NCBI GenBank assembly: GCA_964519665.1
Contig: CAZFIV010000059.1
Location: 1-42,427, forward strand
DNA from: an uncultured Myxococcales bacterium
GTDB lineage: Bacteria; Myxococcota; Kuafuiibacteriia; Kuafuiibacteriales; Kuafuiibacteriaceae
Direction of reading: 5' to 3'
DNA: 42,427 bases
The notes under the pieces are model-generated. The model ran no database searches and was not told the DNA's origin. It saw only the letters and a program-made list of their open reading frames with translations. Positions 18,455-27,933 of this stretch are shown here, piece after piece (position 1 is the first letter of the stretch; each line of letters opens with the position of its first letter). The position numbers were made by a program, and so were the translations under genes.

Positions 18455-18988
18455 TCACTTCGCGAGGAGCGAGTGGACCGAGATGCTGGCGAGTGCCAGG
18501 TCGGCCGTCATGGCCTTGCCGATGGCCACGAGGCCGAGTCGGCGAACGCGTGAGCGGTCGAGGGGCGCATCGATTCGATGGGGAACGAAGCCATCGACGG
18601 GAAGGTCGACCACGGTCCAGACCGGCGGAGCTCGAAAGGACTGCCGATACGACTGCCAGGGGTGTCGAACATCGGGCGTCTTGAGGTGACAGCCGTAGGT
18701 CTCGCCGTTGCCCAGCACGAGCAAGCGCAGTTGAGCGCTCGAGGACAGGTCGAGCTCGAGGTTGGCCGCCATCTGTACGAAGCCTCCGCCATTGTCGAGG
18801 CGAACGTGCCCCACGAGCCGCAGTGCCGGACGGCCGTCGATGACCTCCGCTCGTAGCTCCCCCGATGAACGACCGCCCATGACTTGGTCGAGAACGAGAG
18901 TAAAGCGCGGTCCCTGCTTGGACGGATCGAAGATAAGCATAAACCAGTGTCCGGCCGGAGAGTACAGGCTGACAAATCGCTGGTCCAT
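18455..18988 (-). CDS. CIA30-family protein (complex I intermediate-associated protein 30-like)
   Basis: 177 aa with the conserved QVMGGRSSGEL (VMGGvS) CIA30 motif. Its start ATG directly abuts the TGA of the upstream redoxin gene (TGAATG). Confidence 0.6.
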   Translation of the reverse strand: MDQRFVSLYSPAGHWFMLIFDPSKQGPRFTLVLDQVMGGRSSGELRAEVIDGRPALRLVGHVRLDNGGGFVQMAANLELDLSSSAQLRLLVLGNGETYGCHLKTPDVRHPWQSYRQSFRAPPVWTVVDLPVDGFVPHRIDAPLDRSRVRRLGLVAIGKAMTADLALASISVHSLLAK

Positions 18989-19777
18989 TCAGTCGAGGTG
19001 CGCTCGCAACGCCGCGAGCACGACTTCTGGACCAGAGCGCCGCAGATAGTCCTCCGCCTGGTCGATCCACAAGACCTTGCCCTGTTGGTCCACCAGCAGT
19101 GAGGTTGGTACCGGCAGCGCGTCTGCGTGATCGCTCGGTGGGCCTGAGTGGAATCCTTGATTGCGCAAGCCAAACGCATCGGTCACCACCAGCTTCGGAT
19201 CCGACAGCATGATGGCCTGCAGTCCGTGCTGGTCACGCTTTGCGCGTATCGCTTGAGGCTGATCCGTGCTCACCGTGAGCACCTGAACCCCGCGTCGATC
19301 GAACTCCGGCCGCAGTTCTTCCCATCGCCGCAACTCGGCGACGCAGTAGGGTCACCAATGCGCGCGGAAGAACTTAATGAGTACGATGTGACCCCTGAGG
19401 CTCTGGGAGTCAAAGGCATGGCCGTGTTCGTCGACCGCGGCAAAGCGCGGTATCGTGTCGCCCACCTGGATGGCATCGACTGCGGCTTCCTGCGAGCTGA
19501 CCGCGATTGTCAACGGAACGAGCGCCCCGAAGAAGATCGCGGGCAGTGCCGCAATGGCGCCGTACCAGCGAGTGCCGGCCACGAACGCGCCGATTCCGAG
19601 CGCTCCCGCGGTCAAGAAGAGGAACACGAAGACAGACCGGTTCTCTGGAATCTCGACTCGATTGATCAGATGCGCCCACACCGCGAGGGTCACACCCACC
19701 AGTGCGGCCGCCAGTAATCCGAACGTCGTCCCCAACCTTTTCGGATTCTTTCTACGCGCCCTCGGTGCCTCGTTCAT
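18989..19777 (-). CDS. membrane-anchored TlpA/ResA-like thiol:disulfide oxidoreductase, selenocysteine-containing candidate (in-frame UGA at 19352..19354; U-P-Y-C redox motif)
   Basis: Track ORFs 19352..19990 and 18989..19333 share one frame and are separated only by a TGA: ...GHIVLIKFFRAHW-[TGA]-PYCVAELRRWEELRPEFDRRGVQVLTVSTDQ... This is a redoxin domain with TGA at the first Cys of WCxxC. A 7-bp hairpin with an AGUUG loop (GUCGCCG-AGUUG-CGGCGAU) starts 9 nt after the UGA, which is bSECIS-like. The N-terminal part has 2-3 TM helices. The start is uncertain (19777 MNEAPR..., or up to 19990). Confidence 0.65.
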
Positions 19778-20053
19778 GCTTCGACCCGCTTCCACGACTT
19801 GAATCGAGTCGGACAGTAGCGAGCGAAACGGCTCAATGCAACCAACCCGACTGCATCGGCTCGTACGCATCATCGATGACCCGCCGTCGGAAGGGCGCTC
19901 AGTCCCGCCGTCAGCTCGAGAGGCGGTGGCGTCCGTCCGACCGGCGAAGCCTGCTCGTGCTCGCCGCGGAGCTTCCATAACTGCCTTCATGGCTTATCGT
20001 CAGATTCCGCACTTCACTCGGACACTTCGCTATCGTCTTCGGCTCGCCGTCCA

Positions 20054-20458
20054 TTGCCCCAATCACTGGCAATCGGCGGTTTCCGCTTCAGACATCGGGA
20101 CGGCTACGCAGTTCGCGACGTCATGAATCTCACCGATGTGGGGCACCTGGCCGACGATGCGGACAGCGGCGAAGACAAGATGGAGCCGGCCGCGAGGAAG
20201 AGCGGGCGGGACATCCGGGATCTATCGCGGCTGTACACGGCTGCGTTCTTCGAGCACTTGGGCGACTTGGCCGTCGTTCCGCCCGTCTCGGGCGACGTCT
20301 TCAAAGCGGTCAGGAATCCGGACCTTCCGCCGACCGACGTCGTGAGGCTCGTCGCCGACGCCGGTCGAGGGCTTGGGCTCCGTTCGTTGGCGGGCCCGGC
20401 TGTTGGCGGGCCCGGTGGGCGGCGATGGCGGCGCCACGCCATTTCAGCTCAGGACTGA
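20054..20458 (+). CDS. hypothetical protein (weak call)
   Basis: 134-aa ORF in the gap between two minus-strand genes. Its composition is more protein-like than the antisense alternative 20104..20442, but there is no domain and no clear RBS. Confidence 0.25.
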   Translation: MPQSLAIGGFRFRHRDGYAVRDVMNLTDVGHLADDADSGEDKMEPAARKSGRDIRDLSRLYTAAFFEHLGDLAVVPPVSGDVFKAVRNPDLPPTDVVRLVADAGRGLGLRSLAGPAVGGPGGRRWRRHAISAQD

Positions 20459-21941
20459 GCGAGGGAATCGCGGATGGTCTGCAGCACGTGGATCCGCGCA
20501 TATCGCTTGCTATTCGCCGGAACGATGACCCAAGGGGCGGTCGCCGTGCTCGTGCGCGCGATCATTTCGTTCACGGCCTCCTCGTAGAGGACCCACTTGT
20601 CGCGGTTGCGCCAATCTTCTTCGGTGATTTTGTGGCGCTTGTAGTCGATCTGTTGCCGTTCTTCGAACCGGCGCAACTGCTCGTCCGCGTCGATGTGAAG
20701 CCAGAATTTCAGCACCTTGACGTTGGCGATCGAGAGCTGCTCTTCGAACTCGTTGATTTCGCGGTACGCACGCTTCCACTCCGCGGTCGTCGCAAAGCCC
20801 TCCACCCGTTCGACGAGCACGCGGCCGTACCACGAGCGGTCATAAATGGTGAATCGCCCGCCCCGCGGAACGCGTCGCCAAAAGCGCCACAGGTAGTGTT
20901 GGGCGCGCTCCTCATCGGTCGGGGCTCCGACTGAGATCACCTGAAACAGACGCGCATCGAGGGCCGCGACGAGGCGCCGGATCGTGCCGCCCTTGCCGGC
21001 GGCGTCCCAGCCTTCGAGGACGACGACCGTCGAACGTTTCGCCTCGTACGCCTCGGCGGCGAGGCGACCGATCTCCTCTTGCAGCCGCTCCAACCGCTTC
21101 TCGTACGTTTCGTCGTCAACGCTCTGCGAGAGGTCGACCCGGTCGAGGATGGTGATCTGATCCCCTGGGGGCGGGTTGAGCACCGCGTCCGTCGAACCGT
21201 TACCGTGGTCGCTCTCGGCGCGCTCCGTCGCTTGCTCGGCCGCCATCTTCATCGCCTGAAAGACGGCCTGCGTGACGGCGAGGTCGCGGTAGCGACGGTC
21301 CCACGCTTCGATGAGCTGCCATCGGGCGAGCCCGAGGTCGGTGATGCGAATCGCGCGCTCGGCGGCCGCGACGAGCTCGTCGTACCGAGAGTGGAGTTTT
21401 CGATCGCCCTTCGAGACTCGCCATTTGGTGGCCTTCTTGGCGTCCCACTTCTTGTAGCGTCGCGCCTGCTGTTCCTTCGTGATGTGCAGCCAGAACTTCA
21501 GGATGAGCGCGTGGTCTACGGCGAGCATTCGCTCGAGCCGTACGACGCTCAAAAGCTCGCGTTCGAACCGTGCCTGGTCGATTTTGCCCAGCACATGGCG
21601 ACGAATCAATCGCTCGTACCAGCCCCCAAGGTAGATGCCGATGCGCCCGCGTCTCGGCATCGTCACCCAGTGTCGCCATTGCGGCGGTCGTTCGCGCGCT
21701 TCGTCCGTGGGATCGCGGTCCGTGTGGACTTCGACGCCTCGCACGTCGAGGAGCTTGGTCAGGAAATTGAGGACACCACCTTTTCCCGCCCCGTCGACCC
21801 CCTCGATGATGATGATGACCGGGACGTCGCTCTTCTGCAACGCAAACTGCGCCTTCAGCAAGGGTGCCCGCAGTGCGTCGAGGCTCGCGTCAAATTCGTC
21901 CCTCGAGAGGCGTCGGCCCAGTGCGGCAGTCTCGAACATGT
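20449..21941 (-). CDS. two-domain polyphosphate kinase 2 family protein (PPK2; polyphosphate:AMP/ADP phosphotransferase-like)
   Basis: Two tandem PPK2 domains, each with a Walker A (IIIEGVDGAGKGG and VVLEGWDAAGKGG) and lid motifs (YLWRFWRRVPRGGRFTIYDRSWY). The likely start is MFETAALG at 21941, preceded by GGAGAAAAC; the track ORF extends to 22083. Confidence 0.85.
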
Positions 21942-22126
21942 TTTCTCCTACCACAACCAGGCGAGCGCACCAGCGTCCGTCACCGCCACGGATCGGCTGC
22001 GAAACAGCGAGGCCCCGGCGTCGGAAGCACGACGGGCATGTCAGACGTATTCCGAAGACTAGACGAGATGGGCGGTCAGCCATCCCGATCCGCTGCGCGG
22101 ATCGGTCGTTTGCATCCGTGCTCTCA

Positions 22127-23281
22127 TCAATAGAGGAACGCGGCGGCCGCCATACTCATCCCTCGGAAGTCGTGGCCTACGCCCGGGACGGTTTGTTGCT
22201 GCCAGTTGAATGGCGTTTCGAGACGCCGGGCGGCCGCTCGACCGGTTTCGAAGAAGCTGAGCCCTCGGGTTCGGCGACCCAGGCCTTGCTCATCGATCGT
22301 GGGGGTGTGCAGGAGGATTCCGCCGTCGTCGTCGCCGTCGTCATTTTCGCCCAGGAGAATGGTCAGGTGGACCGCGAGGGCTTGCCGAAGTGTCTCGGCG
22401 CTAGCGCCGGTCCCGGCGAGTCCCGTCGGCAGCGGACGATCGAAGTCGGGCAGCGTATAGAAGCCGGCGTTGGCGGCCACGATTCGCTGCGCCTTGGATT
22501 GGGGACGAAACAGGGCCAATCGATGCAGGATCTGGCCGCCGGCGGAGTGTCCGAACATGTCGTAGCCCTCGCGTTGGCTGCCGGTCGCTCCCTTCAGAAG
22601 GCGAAAGACCCGATCGAAGTCGTGAAATAGCAACTCATCTTGCTGGAGGTTGATTTCGAACCGAATGTCCTCGTCGCGCAGGCGAATCACGCTCTGCCCA
22701 GATACATCGGGTAGGACGAGGTCGCGGATGAGGCCGCCCATGTGGTAGGCGGCGAAGTCATAGGCGTCGGCCGAGTAGTGCAATGCGGCCACTAGGATGC
22801 CCCGACGCCTCGCGACGCCGAGCCATACGTTACGGTAGGCCGCCGCGTTGCGCCCGCTTCCTGGTATGACGAGTAGAATGGGTGACTCGGGCGTAAACGT
22901 CTGCGGGCGATAGTAGTGAACCACCAGATCAGCGCCGCGTCCGGACATTCGAAATATGCCCCCGCCGGGGGGGAGGGTTGTCGGCAAGGACCCGAGGTCT
23001 AGCTCGGGCTTGGGGGCCAGGAACATGCCGCAGGCCGAACAGACCCCCGGTTGGTCGTACTCGATCCCATCGTTCGAGCAGCCGCAGGGTGGGCACTCGA
23101 AACGCTCGGGGACCTCACTCGCCGTTGGACGCGAACTCATGCACCGAGGCAGGGCCAGAGCTGATAGGAGCGCTCCCGTGAAGCGCCGCCGGGTCGATGT
23201 TCCGAGGAGGCCATGCATCCTTGCGAACCTAAGCGGAGCCGATTCAGTGAACAACGACAGAGGTCGGACGAATCCGGCCAT
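22127..23281 (-). CDS. alpha/beta-hydrolase fold protein with Tat-like signal peptide and N-terminal Cys cluster
   Basis: 384-aa ORF with the GHSAGG nucleophile elbow (GxSxG). The TRRRFTGALLSALALP twin-arginine-like signal suggests a start at Met22 (23218). A Cys-rich segment ECPPCGCS...CSACG follows. Confidence 0.6.
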   Translation of the reverse strand: MAGFVRPLSLFTESAPLRFARMHGLLGTSTRRRFTGALLSALALPRCMSSRPTASEVPERFECPPCGCSNDGIEYDQPGVCSACGMFLAPKPELDLGSLPTTLPPGGGIFRMSGRGADLVVHYYRPQTFTPESPILLVIPGSGRNAAAYRNVWLGVARRRGILVAALHYSADAYDFAAYHMGGLIRDLVLPDVSGQSVIRLRDEDIRFEINLQQDELLFHDFDRVFRLLKGATGSQREGYDMFGHSAGGQILHRLALFRPQSKAQRIVAANAGFYTLPDFDRPLPTGLAGTGASAETLRQALAVHLTILLGENDDGDDDGGILLHTPTIDEQGLGRRTRGLSFFETGRAAARRLETPFNWQQQTVPGVGHDFRGMSMAAAAFLY

Positions 23282-23349
23282 GAACTCCGCGACCGAAGCC
23301 GGGAGGGGTAGGGGGCTCGATTGGCCCCGACGGAGCCCGCGGTCCGTGG

Positions 23350-23886
23350 CTACTGACCAGGCTCCAGCGGTCGGCGGAGCAGGCGGCGAAGCGCCATGGC
23401 CTTACGCGCGACCGGGTCGGACAGATCGCGACTGACCCGGACGGCCGCATCGAGGTCAGCGGTGGCTTGGGCGATGTCTCGGCGCGCGATGTGAACTTCG
23501 GCGCGGTTGACATAACCGGCAGCGGACCGCGGAGCGACCGTGATGGCGTGGGTGAACTGGCGGATCGCCCGCTCTGCATCGCCCTGGCGATGATAGACCA
23601 CCCCGAGCGCTCGGTAGTAGTAGTCGTTGCGGGGGTCGATCGCGACCAGCCCCTCGAAGATGATCTGAGCGTCTCGGACCTTGCCGTTCAAAAACAGCGT
23701 GTATCCATGCTGAGAGATCGCGTAGAGCTCTTCCGGCTCGTAGCCCTTGATCTCTTGCAGGGTGGCCTCTCCGTGGGCCCATCGACGAACCGCGGCTCCC
23801 GGAGCTCGCTCGAGCTCCTTATCGAGGTTGCGTTCTCGACGGATCAGCTGATTCTCGCTGACCTTGGCGAGGGGGCTATCCGACAC
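23350..23886 (-). CDS. TPR-repeat class II type III secretion chaperone (LcrH/SycD/CesD family-like)
   Basis: 178 aa. Residues 40-150 align colinearly with LcrH/SycD (LEQLYSLAFNQYQSGKYEDAHKVFQALCVLDHYDSRFFLGLGACRQAMGQYDLAIHSYSYG vs EELYAISQHGYTLFLNGKVRDAQIIFEGLVAIDPRNDYYYRALGVVYHRQGDAERAIRQFTHA). The size and three TPRs are typical of translocator chaperones. Confidence 0.7.
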   Translation of the reverse strand: MSDSPLAKVSENQLIRRERNLDKELERAPGAAVRRWAHGEATLQEIKGYEPEELYAISQHGYTLFLNGKVRDAQIIFEGLVAIDPRNDYYYRALGVVYHRQGDAERAIRQFTHAITVAPRSAAGYVNRAEVHIARRDIAQATADLDAAVRVSRDLSDPVARKAMALRRLLRRPLEPGQ

Positions 23887-23897
23887 GGCTCAACCCT

Positions 23898-24362
23898 TCA
23901 CCCCTTCGATTCGGCCAGGAGACGGGCGTAGACCTGCTCGGCCATGCCGTTGTAGCGGTCGAGGAGGCGGAGCATCGCGTCTTCTCGCCGCAACATGGCC
24001 TTCATCTGGTCGCGCCGAGTGCCCGGCAGCTCGTTGAGGTCTTCGGATTCGACCGCGTCGTCGAAGAGGGACCAGCTCCGACGCTTTCGCTTCATCAGAA
24101 CCCGACGGAAGATCACGTGGATGAGATCGAGGTCCATCAGCTCGACCGGGTCTGGGTCGAACGGAGCGGGCTCCCCCATACGCAGGTTGTCGCTGGAGCG
24201 CTTGGGGTCGAGCAGCCGGGCGGGGGCGGCGGCCGGCATCGGTGAGGCGTCGGGGTTCTTCTCGAGCTTGGTCCGGACCTTGACCTCCTCCGGATACGTG
24301 CCGACGAGGCCGACGTTCGTGGGCCACGGCCACTTTTGCTTGATATCCGCCACGGGCTCCAA
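23898..24362 (-). CDS. hypothetical protein immediately upstream of the T3SS chaperone (candidate T3SS substrate or regulator)
   Basis: 154-aa ORF whose stop lies 11 nt before the chaperone start. It is charged and Pro-rich at the N-terminus with no recognisable domain. Confidence 0.45.
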   Translation of the reverse strand: MEPVADIKQKWPWPTNVGLVGTYPEEVKVRTKLEKNPDASPMPAAAPARLLDPKRSSDNLRMGEPAPFDPDPVELMDLDLIHVIFRRVLMKRKRRSWSLFDDAVESEDLNELPGTRRDQMKAMLRREDAMLRLLDRYNGMAEQVYARLLAESKG

Positions 24363-24507
24363 CTCTGCGGCCGCAGGCCTCGCTGGTCAACACGGTCCGG
24401 ACCGGACCACGCCCACCCTGACCACAGGTAAAGGCGCGGGAACACCCCAGCCCGCGCCGCCGAACAAGCACAATGGGCAGCGAGCGGCTTTCCGTCGCGC
24501 CCGAGCG

Positions 24508-24705
24508 CAACGAGCGAAGTCGGGTGGGCGCGATTCACTCGCGCCCGGGCCCCGCTGGCAAGCGTCGCGCGCAGCGAGCAGAGCGAGCGAAGTCGGGTGG
24601 GCGCGATTCATTCGCGCCCGGGCCCCGCTGGCACGCGTCGCGCGCAGCGAGCGGAGCGAGCGAAGTCGGGTGGGCGCGATTCATTCGCGCCCGGGCCCCG
24701 CTGGC
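24508..24705. repeat. 73-bp tandem repeat, about 2.7 copies, each containing a perfect GC hairpin (gggcgcga-ttca(t/c)t-cgcgccc); REP-like intergenic element
   Basis: Direct repeats start at 24512, 24585 and 24658 with a period of 73. The copies differ at 2-3 positions and the third copy is truncated. The same 45-bp core occurs at 3219..3268. Track ORFs beginning MNRAHPTSL... are translations of this repeat and are not genes. Confidence 0.85.
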
Positions 24706-25901
24706 TTCCGACGGAGGAGGTTCGACCGGGGCTCCGGCGAAGCGCTCGAGGGTGCCGGGGGCACCGGCGCGTGGGGCCCCATTCGGGCTCGGCGCATGTC
24801 TTCGCGCTGCTCGGCCCGCTGGTCGGCCTCCTGTCTCCGACGGTTCTCTTGCTCTTCTCGAATCTTGTAGACGAACGAAAGCACCTCGGCGACCGCCTCG
24901 TAGAGCTCCTCCGGGATTTCTTCGTCGATGTCGAGCTTGTTGAGTGCCTGTGCCAGGGGCACGTTTCGCAAGATGGGCACGCCGTAGTGTTTGGCGAGCT
25001 CTTTGATCTTCTCGGCGTGCACCCGCATACCCTTGGCCACGACTTTGGGCGCCTGGTCGCGGTCGCCGTCGTACTTGATGGCGACCGCGATGTGAGCGGG
25101 GTTCACGACGACGGCGTCCGCGTTCTTCACGTTTTCTTGGCCTCCACCGAAGAGTAGCTCGTGGGCGAGTTGCTTTCGCTGCCCCTTCATCTGAGGGTCA
25201 CCTTCGGATTGCTTGTACTCCTGTTTGACGTCGTACTTCGACATCATCTGCTCTTTGAAGAACTGTCGACGGCTCCAGATGAGGTCGATGACGCCGATGA
25301 AGATGAACAGCGCGGTCGTTTTGAGCAGGTACTCCCACACCAACCCGCCGCCATAGTCGACGGATTGGTCGATGGGTAGAGTGACCGACAACGTCATGTC
25401 GTAGACCGCGTTCTTCATGATGTCGTACGCAAGCCATCCTGCGGCCGCCATCTTCACCATGTTTTTGATGAGCTCGACGAACTTCTTGATCTTGAAGAGA
25501 CCCTTCAGGCCGTTGACCGGATTGACCTTGTCGAGTTTGGGCACCAGGACCTTGAACGCCATGAAGAAGCCGGTCTGCATGACGTTGCTGAAGATGCCGA
25601 TCACGAACACGGCCGCGCCGACCGGCAGCGAGACTTTGAGCACCAGCGGGATCGCCTCCTGCATGAGCTTGGCGATCGTGGCTTCGCTGGGCTCGCGGCT
25701 GGCGGCGTCGATCGCCGCGCGGGCGAAGTCTTCGACTTCGCCGAAAACAAAGGTGATGAGGGCGACCAGGCACACAAAGCCAAACGCGAAGCCGAGCGCG
25801 CCGACGAAATCCTGGCTCTTGGGCACCTGCCCCTCTTCCTTGGCTTTGCGGAGTTTTTCGGGGGTTGCCTCTTCGGTCTTCTCCCCGGTTTCGCCGGACA
25901 C
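24681..25901 (-). CDS. sctU: type III secretion export apparatus switch protein SctU (FlhB/YscU family)
   Basis: 406 aa with 4 N-terminal TM helices and the conserved autocleavage site VVNPAHIAVAIKY (NPTH-type). The C-terminal domain is colinear with YscU/FlhB (EEIPEELYEAVAEVLSFVY). The last 8 codons and the stop fall inside the third repeat copy. Confidence 0.9.
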   Translation of the reverse strand: MSGETGEKTEEATPEKLRKAKEEGQVPKSQDFVGALGFAFGFVCLVALITFVFGEVEDFARAAIDAASREPSEATIAKLMQEAIPLVLKVSLPVGAAVFVIGIFSNVMQTGFFMAFKVLVPKLDKVNPVNGLKGLFKIKKFVELIKNMVKMAAAGWLAYDIMKNAVYDMTLSVTLPIDQSVDYGGGLVWEYLLKTTALFIFIGVIDLIWSRRQFFKEQMMSKYDVKQEYKQSEGDPQMKGQRKQLAHELLFGGGQENVKNADAVVVNPAHIAVAIKYDGDRDQAPKVVAKGMRVHAEKIKELAKHYGVPILRNVPLAQALNKLDIDEEIPEELYEAVAEVLSFVYKIREEQENRRRQEADQRAEQREDMRRARMGPHAPVPPAPSSASPEPRSNLLRRKPAGPGRE

Positions 25902-25978
25902 GCCGAAGATCTTACACGAACCCGGCCCGTCCGTCTTCGCCCGTGGGCCCCGCGCGGGTGGCCGGCGACCCGGTCCGG

Positions 25979-27853
25979 TCAGCTCGCGGCGGGTAAGATA
26001 TCGCTCGGTGCGTGAACGTCGTCGGCGTCGACGAAGCCCAGGGCCTGCACGTCGTGAAGTCGCCGGTAGTGGCCGTTCGGGTCGGCGATCAGCTGATCGT
26101 GAGTGCCTTGTTCGACGATCCGCCCGTGATCGAACACCAAAATGCGGTCGACCTTGCGGACCGTCGATAGCCGGTGGGCGATCAGAAAAGCGGTTCGGTC
26201 TCGTAGAGCTTCCTCGACCGCTCGCTGGATGAGGTGTTCGGTCTCCGAGTCGAGGCTCGACGTGGCCTCGTCCAAGATGAGAAACGGGGCGTCGGCCAGG
26301 ATGGCGCGGGCGATCGCCACTCGTTGCCGTTCTCCGCCCGAAAGCTTGATGCCGCGCTCGCCGACCAGCGTATCGTACCCCTGGGGGAGTCGGCTGATGA
26401 AGTCGTGCGCGCGAGCCCGCCGGGCCGCCGCCTCGATCGCTTCCTGGGAAGCGTCAGGCGAACCGTAGGCGATGTTCTCGGCCAACGACCGGTGAAACAA
26501 GATCGGTTCCTGCGGAACGATGGCGAAGGCTCGGCGGACCGACGACTGCTGAACCTCGCTAATATCTTGCCCATCCACGACGATGCGCCCACCGTCGACG
26601 TCGTACAGGCGTTGCACGAGCTTCACGAAGGTGGTCTTCCCGGCCCCCGACGGACCGACCAGAGCCACCTTTTCGCCGGGCCGGATGTCGACGGTCAGGC
26701 CGTCGAATACCGGATCCGACTGCTTGGGGTACTTGAAGCGCACGTTCTCGAACCGGACCGCGCCTTCGCCGGGCCTGAGGGCCGGCGCGTTGGGGCGGTC
26801 GGCCACCTGGGGCGGCGTTTCGGAGATCTTGACGAGGTCGGACAGCTCGTCGACCGACCGCTGAAGCTCCCGGATCTGCCAGCCGACATTGCGGAGAGAC
26901 CCGTTCACCACGAAATACGCGGTCAACACGTAGACGAGCTCATCCACCTGAGTGCCGGGCCCGGACGCCTGGCGAAACACGATACCGATCAGTCCTCCGA
27001 GCAAGGCCACCAGCATGACGGACTGGACCGCTCCGGCGTCGGTACTCCGACGCCACGCGTAGCGAGAGCGGTTGCGCCAGCGCTGGGTGACACCTTGCAT
27101 CCGTCGGTCTTCGCGGTCTTCGGCGCCGAACCCTTTGACCACCGGGTTGCAGGTGATCGCGTCGGCGAGGGCGGCCCCCATCTCGGTATCGGCCTCGTTC
27201 GACCGCTCGTTCGCGGGGGCGACATACGACATCGACAACAGGGCGCTGACCAGCAGAAAGACGGTGACCCCAGCGCCGAAATAGAGGCCGAGCCACGGAT
27301 CTCGCCGGGTCATCTCGACCGTGAATCCGAAGAGCAGCGCCAACGCCGGGCCCAGATTGATGATGATCATGTCGGCGAAGTTGTCGTAGGCCCACATGCC
27401 GCGAGTGATCTTTCGGACCGTGGCGCCGGCGAAGTGGTTCGCGTGCCAGTCGGCACCGAATCTCTGTACGTGGGCGAACCCGTCGTTCACCACCCGTCGC
27501 ATGACGTCGGCGGTAAAATGAAGGTAGAGGCGGACGTAGAGCTGCTGCATCACCGATACGAGGGCGATGGTCACGAGCAAGAGCAAGGCTGCCGTCAGCG
27601 CGGCATCAAACTCGGCGGCGTAGCTTTGTGCGCCGACCGAAGCCTCGTCGGGACTGACGTTCGGGCGGCCGTCGGCCCAGCTCCGGAGCGCGGTGACCAG
27701 TTCCGATGCTCGGGTCGGGACTTGAACCTCGGCCGCCACGGCCAGGCACAGTCCGGCCAAGACCCCAGCGAACTGGAGCCAGCTGACGAGCCAATATCGA
27801 CCTACGAAACGGAGAACGCCCACGAACGTGCGCGTGGTTATCGTTTCGGTCAC
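25979..27853 (-). CDS. ABC transporter, fused permease/ATP-binding protein (MsbA-like type I exporter)
   Basis: 624 aa with an N-terminal 6-TM domain, Walker A GPSGAGKTT, signature LSGGERQRVAIARAIL and Walker B FLILDEATS. About 80-bp gaps separate it from sctT and sctU on the same strand. Confidence 0.9.
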   Translation of the reverse strand: MTETITTRTFVGVLRFVGRYWLVSWLQFAGVLAGLCLAVAAEVQVPTRASELVTALRSWADGRPNVSPDEASVGAQSYAAEFDAALTAALLLLVTIALVSVMQQLYVRLYLHFTADVMRRVVNDGFAHVQRFGADWHANHFAGATVRKITRGMWAYDNFADMIIINLGPALALLFGFTVEMTRRDPWLGLYFGAGVTVFLLVSALLSMSYVAPANERSNEADTEMGAALADAITCNPVVKGFGAEDREDRRMQGVTQRWRNRSRYAWRRSTDAGAVQSVMLVALLGGLIGIVFRQASGPGTQVDELVYVLTAYFVVNGSLRNVGWQIRELQRSVDELSDLVKISETPPQVADRPNAPALRPGEGAVRFENVRFKYPKQSDPVFDGLTVDIRPGEKVALVGPSGAGKTTFVKLVQRLYDVDGGRIVVDGQDISEVQQSSVRRAFAIVPQEPILFHRSLAENIAYGSPDASQEAIEAAARRARAHDFISRLPQGYDTLVGERGIKLSGGERQRVAIARAILADAPFLILDEATSSLDSETEHLIQRAVEEALRDRTAFLIAHRLSTVRKVDRILVFDHGRIVEQGTHDQLIADPNGHYRRLHDVQALGFVDADDVHAPSDILPAAS

Positions 27854-27933
27854 GAATACCCCCTTTTTGAAGTCCGGCTGCTATATACCCGAACTTTGAG
27901 GGTGGCGATGACCTAGCCCACGGTCACCGAAAA

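Noticed and set aside
24137-24611. Track ORFs 24137..24538 and 24387..24611 (both starting MNRAHPTSL) and the similar C-terminal peptide of ORF 3190..3534
   Set aside because: They are translations of the palindromic repeat element in different copies. Each shows repeat-driven identity, Arg/Pro/Ala-rich composition and overlap with each other.
24508-24705. CRISPR array
   Set aside because: The repeats are directly adjacent 73-bp units with no unique spacers between them, and the same core occurs singly at 3219-3268. This is REP/tandem-repeat behaviour, not CRISPR.
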